From Callorhinchus milii (Eukaryota), in NCBI RefSeq assembly GCF_018977255.1, contig NW_024704742.1:111974001-112038000 (forward strand): a stretch of DNA of 64,000 bases, written 5' to 3'. Positions within the stretch are counted from its first letter, which is position 1; each line of letters starts with the position of its first letter. The notes under the pieces were generated by a model. It did no database searches, was not told the DNA's origin, and was given only the letters and a program-made list of their open reading frames with translations. The position numbers and the translations under genes were made by a program. Below are positions 52,686 through 64,000 of this stretch, piece after piece.

Positions 52686-55600
52686 CATAATTAAACATAT
52701 GAGGTGATCTCTCCTTTCCAATATCTCCGTTTATTGTTTCAAGTGACAGCAAATGCAAAAAATAACATGTCACATACTTTTCTAGTTCAAAGTCAAAACT
52801 ATTAGAAAGCAGTTTTGCTTTTGAACTGCAAAAGTATGGTTTATGTACTAGGTACTAATTTCTAATAGTTTTGTAATGTTAAGATAAAATATAGCTATTT
52901 ATGTTTGTAGCCTCATACGATGTGTGTTTCGCTCTTAATAATATAATGGGCTATAAATTATTATTATTCATAATAATATTAAATGTTTCTCACACAGGTG
53001 ACTGCACACTTTGAAAGGCGGTTATTACTTTTCGTTTTGTACAGTTGGTTGCCCTTAAGTAAAACATGAAATGCATTAATATTTCTGTTAAACGAATAAA
53101 TATGTCACACTGTGTCTTTTACCAACTGTTTCAGTTTAGGTTAACTGAATGTTTTAAATAGGAAATTCCTGCTTACTGTCCACATCACAACTTTACAAGT
53201 CATGACCAGTCACACCAAAATAGGTTAGTCTTTTCACCTCCACGTACATTGATAAGGTACAAACTACTCTGTTTGTAGAATGATATTATTAGTAAAAGTG
53301 AATCAAATTATTGATCCTCATTGCATGCAATAATGCCATACCTGAATCGATCTGAACTGCCTCTGGGTAACATCACTGTTCCGAAAATCGAAGCTGCTCG
53401 TGTAGATAAATTCAACATTACTGGTTATGAAATAATAGATATGGGTTAGTGGTATAATCGTTACTGTGCGTGAAAATACAACGCGGCATATAAAAAGGTG
53501 ACAAAAAGAAAGTTTGTTTTGTAACCGTGAGTATTTTCCCCCCGCACGAGTTGTTTTCAGTTTCTACACTCCATTCAAAAAGCTGTAGAAATCTTCAGAA
53601 AATGGTTTGTTCAAAGTTTTTTTTAAAAAATTCGGCAACAATAAAAAAAATTTAAAAAAAATTCTGTAATACAGTATCTGAAGGCGCGTTTTCAGTTATA
53701 TTAGTACCTCTTCAGTAAATATATTGTCCTTGTTTATTTAATAGAATTAAAACGCAAATTTTTTTTTTACCATTCCCCCCACCCCCCACCCCCTCCATCT
53801 CTACCTGGCGGTGAAGGTATTCAATCTGAATGAGATTCGGTCACACACTTAAATTCACATTCAATGTCCTCATATACTCAAACTCCAGAGATAACAGTTG
53901 TGTCCTTGTCCACTGTCTCTGGGCAATGTTGTATCGTTTGCCATGGTATTTTAAAAAAAAGATGCAAAATACATAGAGCTTTATTCAATCTGCTTAATCG
54001 CCAGAGACAGTTTATTTAAGCAGGACTGCGGTTATGTTCTGATAATTACAAAAGAATGATCCGTGTGACTTTCAGATTGTTGTTTCCTGTTTTCATTTTC
54101 TCTTTATATGATACATTAAGATCATTTCGATTATAATATAAAAATGCATCTGTAGATGGATCCATAGAGAATCAGAAGAGAGACAGAGAATATCTATACT
54201 GTACCAAGTTTTTATTTATTATTCGGTGCAACGATTTTTTGTTACTGCAATAAGTACACATACAATAGAAGTTTGCTAGTGTTTGGATAATGTAATATAA
54301 TGGAAACATGAAGCTTTTTTTAAAAAAAAGTCTTGTCCTGAAATAAAATAACTGATACAATATAAAATATAGTCACACTGGCAAAACAACCCCAAACACT
54401 ATGTTTACCTTTATTTTCAGAATTAAACTTTTTTTAGAAAAAAAACACTACGAAATGTAATTTTATACCTTTGTGTGAAATATAGAGGTCTCAAAAGGTG
54501 CTACCTAAGAAATGGCAAAGCTGTGAAATACTAGAATTTATCTGAAAATATGATTACAAATGTAATGCATTATGATGCAAAATGTACATTTTGCGAGAGA
54601 AAAAAACACGACGTTTTACCCAGTGTGAAATTAACGAACTGTTCGATTATTGCGAATTTCCATTGTCAAAAAAAAACTGTCGAAAAAAAGGTGAGCAAAA
54701 AATACTTGCAATGCAATGCGTACAATAACACCGACAGCAGCAACTTAGCTCTGCTCATGGGATGCCTTCTGTCGAAACTCCTATTTGTCAATAATTATTA
54801 GCACGATTTCTCGCCCCCATTTAAAAGCTGATGAGTTGTCCTAAATACTCTTGTTAGTAGATAATCTACTAAAATTATCGATAATTAGTTCACATGATAT
54901 TTCTCGTGTGATCATCATCAAAGTATTAGTCCCGTCTAAACTTTTATCGAGGAACTAAAACGGGTTCGCCTCTCTGACTGGACAGAGAATGAATACTGTC
55001 TAAATAAAGCTCTTCTGTCTTTTCTCTCAAAGCGGATTTCCCTATGAAACCGCTCATAAAATACAAACAAGTTTACTCCGTTCGCAAGTTGTTAAAAGGC
55101 CATCCGCCAATCGCATATGATATTAAATTACACCCAAACAACTTGTTTTGACTTTTCCAATCTAAAGTTTCCGGCACATCGATTGTGGTCCAACACGCGA
55201 TACTGACATTTCACAGCATATGGCATCTCTAAGCCGTTTAATTCTTTGGATTTCATGGAACTGTAACTCACTCCCTCCGAAATATTGTTGCAGCGATCTA
55301 AAATGTATTAATTGCCCCCTTTAATAGATTGAAAACCGTTGAGACTCTCGTACTTTCAGTGCAAACACCAGCACTGCGTTTTTTTTCTCGAATAAATGGA
55401 TATATTTTGGAGCCGGAAATTAATAATTGCAATCGTGATGTATTAATGCATCGCACCGAGCAAAATAAACAGTGAAGATGATCTAATGCGTGTAAGTTTC
55501 ACCCACTGTGTCCCCTTTTTATGGTCATTACTTGTGACACTGAAAAGCAAACGATTTGTCTCGAATAATTCATTGATGGGGCTCGGTTTGACCCGAAATT

Positions 55601-56800
55601 GTGCAGGTCTGTTTATGATACTCAGTCAGACAATTAAGTAATTTATGTGGCAGGAAAAAAAGGAGTAACAATCGACCCACAAAGACAAGAATATGACACG
55701 AGACGTGTCAATAACTTTTGTATGGATTCTGTGTAATAATCATAAGCTGTGCGCTGTCCACACTGGTTGGTAGCACACGTGGAGTTAGTTCAGTGTATTT
55801 AGTCCCTGGAGTACAGGGTTGAAGCCATCCCTAACGCCTAGTACAGGTAACAGCGGATTTTTTTTTGTGGTTGCCAATGTGCAAAGTTCTCAAAACGACA
55901 CAAGAGAGACACTCCGCTCCTCCACCCACCACCCACCACCACCCCAAAAAAAAAAAAATTCTCCAAAATGTTTCAATCATTGAGTGCTACAGTAAACACA
56001 CGGTGGGATGTGCAGTGTTTGAAGTTGTAACCAGGCTTTGAGCAACTACTGCACATAATTCCCATACATTGTCATCTAATAAAACAATACCCCACCCGAC
56101 AATTTCCCTGCAAATCTATTCCAAACACGTGCTGCACAGATTTGTCAAAAAAAAAGTTCAATCTGCTTCTATATCTTTGGAAAGAAAATCTTTTTTTGGG
56201 GGGAAAGAAAATCGAGAAAATGGTCGAGAGGTTCCAAAATTTAGAAAGGCTTTTAATGACTGATATTGCATTCGTTAGTGCATATTCGCGTGTGCAGCGG
56301 TGCAGAAATGATACAAAACTACTGTAAATTGTACTTGAGTTATATTAAGGAACGTATTTAGTGCAGAGTGAGAGGTGTTCATGTGGGGCTTTGGTTCCTC
56401 GCGAATGTTAAACAGGAAGGTAAATTGTCACCACCCCCCCCCCCCCCCCCTCCCCCACCACCCCCATCAATTTTCCCACCATTTAGGACATTTGCATCGC
56501 AAATAAGTCTTAACAGTAAGGGACGTTTCGAAAAGATAGTCTTTTGTACTTTATGATCCGTTGGTCAACTTTCAGATCCGCGTGGAATTAAATAGCCCAA
56601 AGCAGTCAACGTCACGTTTTAGCGAATTGCCGGTGAAAATGTCTTTTGGCTACCGTTCAAATTACTTGTCGTTGGCTGTGCAAATCACGAATATATGATC
56701 CTAGACGTGGGATCAGGCAGAATTTCAGTTACTTTCATTGATCTGAGACTGAGGTTAGAGCCCAGGGGCCGCTTTGCATTGCACAGTAAGTACAGGCGCT

Positions 56801-58190
56801 GGACTGGGGCTGGGGCTGGGCTGGGGCTGGGCTGGGCTGGGCTGGGCTGGGGCTGGGGCTGGGCTGGGGCTGGGGCTGGGCTGGGGCTGGGGCTGGGCTG
56901 GGCTGGGGCTGGGGCTGGGGCTGGGGCTGGGGGGCTGGGGCTGGGCTGGGGCTGGGCTGGGCTGGGCTGGGGCTGGGGCTGGGGCTGGGGCTGGGCTGGG
57001 GCTGGGGGGCTGGGCTGGGGCTGGGCTGGGGTTGGGGCTGGGAGTTGGGGCTGGGGCTGGGCTGGGCTGGGGCTGGGCTGGTGCCTGGCTGGGGCTGGGG
57101 CTGGGGCTGGGGGCTGGGCTGGGGCTGGGGCTGGGCTGGGCTGGGGCTGGGGCTGGGCTGGGGCTGGGGCTGGGCTGGGGCTGGGCTGGGGCTGGGGCTG
57201 GGCTGGGGCTGGGCTGGGCTGGGCTGGGGCTGGGGCTGGGCTGGGGCTGGGGCTGGGCTGGGGCTGGGGCTGGGGCTGGGGCTGGGCTGGGGCTGGGGCT
57301 GGGCTGGGGCTCGGGCTGGGCTGGGGCTCAGGCTGGGGCTGGGGCTGGGCTGGGGCTGGGGCTGGGCTGGGGCTGGGCTGGGCTGGGCTGGGGCTGGGGC
57401 TGGGCTGGGGCTGGGCTGGGCTGGGGCTGGGGCTGGGGCTGGGGCTGGGGCTGGGCTGGGGCTGGGCTGGGGCTGGGCTGGGGCTGGGGCTGGGCTGGGC
57501 TGGGGCTGGGCTGGGGCTGGGGCTGGGCTGGGGCTGGGCTGGGCTGGGCTGGGGCTGGGCTGGGGCTGGGGCTGGGGCTGGGGCTGGGGCTGGGCTGGGG
57601 CTGGGCTGGGCTGGGGCTGGGGCTGGGGCTGGGGCTGGGGCTGGGCTGGGGCTGGGGCTGGGCTGGGGCTGGGCTGGGCTGGGCTGGGCTGGGGCTGGGG
57701 CTGGGGCTGGGCTGGGGGGCTGGGGCTGGGGCTGGGGCTGGGCTGGGGCTGGGGCTGGGGCTGGGGCTGGTGGGGCTGGGGGGGGGGGGGGGGGGGCTGG
57801 GGCTGGGCTGGGGCTGGGGCTGGGGCTGGGGCTGGGGCTGGGGCTGGGTCAGGGGCTGGGCTGGGCTGGGGCTGGGGCTGGAGAGCTGGGGCTGGGGCTG
57901 GGGGGCTGGGGCTGGGGCTGGGGCTGGGGGGCGGGGCTGGGGCTGGGCTGGGGCTGGGCTGGGGCTGGGGCTGGGGCTGGGGCTGGGGCTGGGCTGGGGC
58001 TGGGCTGGGGCTGGGGCGGGGCTGGGGCTGGGGCTGGGGCTGGGCTGGGGTTGGGGCTGGGGCTGGGGCTGGGCTGGGGCTGGGCTGGGGCTGGGGCTGG
58101 GCTGGGGCTGGGCTGGGGCTGGGCAGGGGCTGGGGCTGGGCTGGGGCAGGGGCTGGGGCTGGGGCTGGGCAGGGGCTGGTGCTGGGGCTG
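56801..58190 (+). repeat. G-rich simple-sequence array (GGGCTG/GGGCT)n, 1390 bp
   Basis: Directly visible mosaic of 5- and 6-mer units with a poly-G run near 57778-57796 and almost no A. Confidence 0.99.
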
Positions 58191-61100
58191 AGGCGCTTGT
58201 CGCCCCTTCCCTCCTACATGAATATTTAGTGTTCAGTGGCTGGCCGTTTGCAGCAGCTCAGTTTGCTCTGATAGACTGTGTTGTAAACCTTTTACATTAC
58301 CTTTTCATTCCATACTTCTGCAACACCAGGAGATGTTTAGCTAATGGGCAACAAAACCACGAGAAATGCGATGGTTTAGTCCAGTTGGGTACGCAGTGAA
58401 ATTAGATGTTTGGTGGACGATATCTTAAAATTTAAATATACTTTACTGGGAAACGATGTTGATGTTATTTTGGGTCAGTTTAAAAATAATTTTAGAATAT
58501 TGATAGTCAAATTGTTCTTTGAATTTCGATCTGCCTGACTATTAACCTTCATTTAAATTGAATCGGCTGGACTTTCAGTATAAAAGCTGCCACCTTTTCG
58601 CGTCAGGCACAGGAATGGGTGTGGGGGGAAGGGGCGGGGGAGCTAAACAAAATTGGAGAGTACAGGTTTTACTTATCAATAGACTTTTTAGCATAATAAC
58701 TTTCCACTTTACACTGCCGAGTGGAACAAGGCCCCGCGATGGTGCCTGCAGTTTGCATATTGAAGTATGTTTATTGTTCCATGTAAAACTGACACGCATT
58801 TTGCATTTAAATGGAATTAAAAGAGTGTCTGTGAGTTAAATTGCTGATAGATACAAAGCTGGTATAATCCTTAGTGCAAGCCTTCCCGTAAACAATTTAA
58901 TTCCAATTACTGTATGTTACAGGAACGTGGCCTGTCAAAAAATATGGAATTGCCAGTGTGTGTGTAAGAAAACAATTTCAGCAAACAAATATCGTTTCAT
59001 TGCTAAACGCATTTGTACTTTTAAAAAAAACTACCTGGAGACGAATTTCATAAATATAGGTGGGGATGAGGATTAATTGCTGGTGGGTAAACCTGTAGTT
59101 TACCGAACCGATTTTCTACTTAAAAGTATTTTGCACTCATTTTAAAACATGTCATAATTTCCGCACCTTCCTTACGGAGAAATTGATAGCAGCAGATTAT
59201 TGTGTTAGTTTCTAAATGTTGATCGTTATGATGTGTTCTTGAAACGAGACACTTGTAGAAGTTAACTCGGAATTTTAGCAATTTTAATATCTCACAGCAT
59301 TGTTCTATCCCAATCCAGCAAATCATTGCCTTTTGAGATATTGTATATTCCATTTGTCTCCCATCACGATCTGTAATAGATCTGTAATTGCGATGGAAAT
59401 ATTACAGAATGTGTTTAGCCACAAACAGAAGACAGTAAACAGATCATCGTCAGACCGTTGTGTGATGAAACTAGTAAGTACCACAGCAATTATTCGCTGC
59501 AGTTTGTCGTCTCCTTTTCTTTTTGAACTTTTCTAATATGCTTTTTAATTGGCTAAAAAAATCTTACCGATAGGCCCACTGAAAACACAAAAGATTATTT
59601 GAAAAATATAGCATTTGCTTTCAAAATAACTGTTGAATATTTCGCGCAAGTCAACGCGGACATTAAAACGTGGGCATGGAAATCTACACTATGTATATTA
59701 ATGTGATGCTTAAACAAACGAATTCGACAACTAAAGCATAAATGTTATTGCTTTGACAATATACAGTAATATTAAATATAATTCCAACGTGATTTCCTTG
59801 CACACATAATACGGTCCAGATTCCTCAATAGCCAGTTCTATGAACTCTATTGCTCAGATTCTGAATCAGTGAAAGTTTTGTGTGCTTTTAAATATGTACG
59901 GATTTCACACAGATTAAAAACACAAATGTGAGATGCCGAAACTCAGAAATATTGCACGCACACAGCGCGCACACGGTGTGTTATCAGTGAACGCATTATT
60001 TAATGACAGTCGTGGAAATTCAACCCATTCTGGAAGAAGGCGCACGTGTAAAACCAGGATAGTTCGTGGATTCCTCAATTGAGTTTGTGGTTAGTTTGCT
60101 TCTTTGGACCTGTGGCTTTAGCAAACTGTACCACAGAAGCAGTTTGATGGTTACAGTGCGTTTTCCGTGTGCAATGCGAACTGGGCTCTGTTGATCGTTT
60201 GCCTCCAGGAGAGTTCAGACGCTGCCAGGAGATGTCGCTCTTCCACTGCTCCCTCTCACCCTCTGCCAAGAGTCAAGGTGATGCCAGTATTTCATGTTTC
60301 TGTGTAAGGTGTGTGTTTTTTTTTTAATTTGCTGACTTAGATTAGACGCTACTTAGTATTTATTCTCTTATTGATTTTTTAAAAAAAAAACAATGCACGT
60401 TTATTTCATGCTGAAGGTAATGAAACGTAGCCGGTGATTTGCTATAACTATTCTCATATCATCAATGTTATGTCTTATGGAGGCTAATTTAGACAGCATT
60501 TTGTGATGATGTTTCGAATACTTGCAAGGACGTCGTACAAAAAAAACGCTCCGACAAAGTTGATAGAATGTGCAGATATTTGTTTAATTTGATGGGACTT
60601 CATTTTGACATTTTTTACAAATTCACGTTGCAAACTAGAACACATCTCGTATGTGATCTCTTTATTTCTTACCTTCTGTTTCTCATTCAGTTTCAGAGAT
60701 AAGCATAAAATTATACCAATACTCAAAAATCACCTCTTGTGCGTTTTCATTGAAACAATTAGATGTGATTATATGAAATAATAATGATGATAAATTGAAC
60801 CAAATACTTTGTTGTTACCACACGGTTTATTGAGAATGTGGTGAAATGTAATTCAATGTTAAAGTGTTTTAGCGCTCACCTCCAAATCATACCACCTCTC
60901 ATCAACTAAGTAAATCCCATTTAAACGATGCAAGTATTTTTATTTGACCTTTTTCATAGTATATTGATAATAGAGCACAAATTATCCGTATTTCCATATT
61001 GTATATAAGGAATTTTAAAAGGCTCGATGCGATTTTGTGTGCTATTTTTCAAACGTTTAGATTGTTTGCTCAAGTCGGGTCTTAGTTAATAACACATGTA

Positions 61101-61857
61101 TTAAAATGCCCACTTTGAATGTACGTTACATGAATGCAATGTATGATTATGACACATTTAATAATGTCTGTACTTTTTTAAATAGACTAGATATATAAGA
61201 AACATCAGCTTGATTTCCGTAACTGCAAAGTTAGCGGTTTGCCCGGTTGTTTTCTTCTACGAGGTTTCCATGTGTAGATTTACTTTGCAACGCAATAAGC
61301 ATTTAATGAATGGGATTTAGTGTAATCGGTTGTCTATTATGACAGGTATTTCTTTCAGCCTTGATAATTTACAAATATGTCATCTGTGACTAATATTTCT
61401 AATATGGTTTGCAATGCAAACGAATTCTGTGTTGGTGACATTTTCTCAAGGTACATAACAGCGGTTCCCCTGTTACCACTCTCTGTGCTAACTATTCTAA
61501 TGGAGAATGGCATCGGGAGTACAGAAAGCAATGAACGTTTAGTAAAAGAATAAAAGTATTCTTTGATTTGAAATAAACATGTAATGATAAAGTAATAAAA
61601 GCAGTAGAGCAAAACAACCAAATACAACATCTGCAAATGAAATTGTTCATCAAAGTAAATGCGAAGTAAGAACTTAGAGGTTTTTAATAAATGTGATTGA
61701 ATCAATTGCTAAAATATATTAATGAATTAAGAATGGACTGAATTTGAGTTTTCAACTTTTTAAAATCAATACGTACGGATTACAATGTACGGATAGTATG
61801 AGTTGACTATATTGTTCTTTGGTACAATTAAATGCACATTATAACTTATCTCAGCTA

Positions 61858-61883
61858 CCCCCCCCCCCCCCCCCCCCCCCCCC
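61858..61883. repeat. Poly-C tract (26 nt)
   Basis: Uninterrupted C run; a similar C-rich tract lies at about 56430-56465. Confidence 0.95.
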
Positions 61884-64000
61884 AGGTTTCAAATGATATC
61901 ATCCGTGCACATTTCAGTGATAGTGAGCTTTATAATTTGATGTTCATTTATCTGATCCGAATTGTACGATTAAATACGAACATATCAAGTGCTAAGCCGT
62001 GTGTTACTTTCTAAACAGTATCCTTGGCATTCCGTTGTGGCACGTTTGCTGGCTAGTTCCGAAATGTCCATGGCAGTTTTGGTCTACAGAATTAGTTATC
62101 GTATGTTATCGTTCGAAACCAAACTATTGTAATAAAACCGCGTTTAAATATATTCGAAAACTGTAGTGATGTGTGCGTTTAAATTATACAGAGTCTCGCT
62201 GTGTATAAATGAAACAGCAATAGCTGTGAACATTTGTATAAATGTTCGAGATAAATATGCAAGCAGCAATATAAGCGTAAAGAATATGTTTGACCGTGTT
62301 TTCGGTTTTATTTTTATAATAGTTATTATTCTGCTTGAAGTTATTTGGCTAGTTTTATTTTATGGCACAACGTACAACTACTCCATCAAACAAGCAACCA
62401 ATGCAAAACCAAAAAAAGAAGATCACAGTAAATGTAAATATACACGATTGTAAAATGCCATGTGCAAAGGGTATGAACCGAATTCACGCAGAATTGGGTA
62501 ATTGTACAAATTGCTTTGACATCGAGTACCAATAAACATTCTAAAAGCTATTGTTTCGGTGCCCGGCTATAAATTGCCAGTGCAAGTGTAACAGTGAAAA
62601 ACAGCTGCAGTCTGTAAGATCAGGAATGCGAAAAACACTGCAACTAATTGCCAGTACAGGTACTGCAACTGGAAGAGGCTGGTAATTCTCCTAATGTAAA
62701 GTTGAACATCATAACACTGTACAGCCGTAAAACTGGCAACAGTAAATATTGATTAACTTTATTACACACATATATCTATACATAATATGTGTGCGTGTGT
62801 GTGAATACATCTAATGTATGACGTTGTTTGTTTATTAAAAACACGTTTTAGATCCATACTGTCACAGATTCTACTAGTACAGTCCCATAAAGAAGAAGAA
62901 AGATGAAGAGTGTGTGAGAATTGTATTGCAGCTGCTAAAAACACACTGGTGAGTAGTGAGTTAAAGCTTTATGAAGCATAATTGATGCGACGCACAAATT
63001 ATACTTTATAGAAAAATAGCTACTGTTATATAGCTTGTGAAGTTTGTGAGCACCAGAGAATAGCATTTAAATAAATGCGCGACTAAGGAAGTAGAATAAT
63101 TAACCTAAATACAATTTCAATTCTCAATGTGTGTCTTCTGTACATAGTCAGAAGGGCAAAATCTCGAGCTTTTTATATATTCATTAGGAATGGAGTTTAT
63201 TGGTTGCCTAAGATGGTTGTATCTGCTTTGCTCTGTGAAGTATGTAAATAGATGGATATATGCGGGAAAATGAGAACAGAAAAACGTGCTCGTGGTGCAA
63301 ATAAAGAAATCGTAAAATGTATTTGCAAAATATTGATTTTTAAAAAAATTAAGCTGTACCATCTTTAAAGTAAACCACCAACAAGGATCATTTATGTTAT
63401 GAAGGAGCTTAATTCAATTTAGTCTATTACAATAAAAAGGTTCAGGCAAACCGTTCCACTTTTTTATCTAAAGAAATCCACAAAATGTAGTGTGAAGGTA
63501 CATAGGCATAAAACCACTTGAAGTCATCCCATTCAATCATACATATTTATACAGAATCCCCGTGCATTCCAATACGTTAATTACAATGTAAAACCATATC
63601 ACACATAAACCTATTTAAATCGCGAAGGTAGCACAGCCTCTGTAAAAGATTGCTGAGTGGTCTGTTGAAACAAATAGAAAACAAGACGTATTCGATCAAT
63701 AGCTTCAGTAAAATAAAAAGTGAGGAAACACTTACAGAAATATACAAATTAAAAATAACGCACACATTACAGCCAAGAGCAGAGGTAATGGCGCACCACC
63801 AGCATTATTACGCAGAGATATTTCTCCAGAGTCCCTTTTTTTTATATTCCTGCAAAGCTCTGTTTCTGGCAATCCTTTCGGGGTGGGTATTTTTTTGCAT
63901 TCGAAAAAAGCAAAATTAAACGCTGAGAAAAAAAAACAAAGGTATAATTCAAAACTGCAGTAGTCAATGAGTAGGCTGGAGATTTGCATATTATATATCT

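Noticed and set aside
55751..55759. RE1 half-site GCGCTGTCC
   Set aside because: The partner half (GGTGCTGA) is absent; too short to support alone.
56695..58399. Three long Gly/Trp/Ala/Leu-rich ORFs (394-541 aa)
   Set aside because: All three frames are open only because the GGGCTG repeat lacks A and therefore stop codons; 5- and 6-mer units mix without frame preference.

Overview
Eukaryotic (vertebrate) genomic DNA, most likely a cartilaginous fish and probably a holocephalan; the taxon is inferred from the SINE/LINE types and is not proven. The + strand carries the 3' half of MEF2C. Five coding exons were read directly with GT-AG boundaries and consistent phases: 12950-13119, the 24-nt beta microexon 14313-14336, 16471-16600, 18115-18247 and the last exon 22814-23135. 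The last exon includes the internal gamma acceptor and is followed by a repeat-free 3'UTR of about 3.7 kb. The MADS/MEF2-domain exons lie upstream of the window. Introns and the 27-50 kb intergenic region are dense with decayed L2 and CR1 LINE fragments, an old Deu-type SINE and a younger tRNA-Ala-headed SINE, often nested. From about 51 kb onward the DNA is nearly transposon-free and visibly richer in CpG, and it holds a 1.39-kb (GGGCTG/GGGCT)n array bounded by a 7-bp direct repeat. By recalled synteny this may be the upstream region of the miR-9-2 host gene, but no miR-9 hairpin is in the window. No prokaryote-type system (CRISPR, operon) is present, and nearly all ORF-track entries are spurious or TE remnants. 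TE boundaries are approximate, and comparisons with human MEF2C are from memory.
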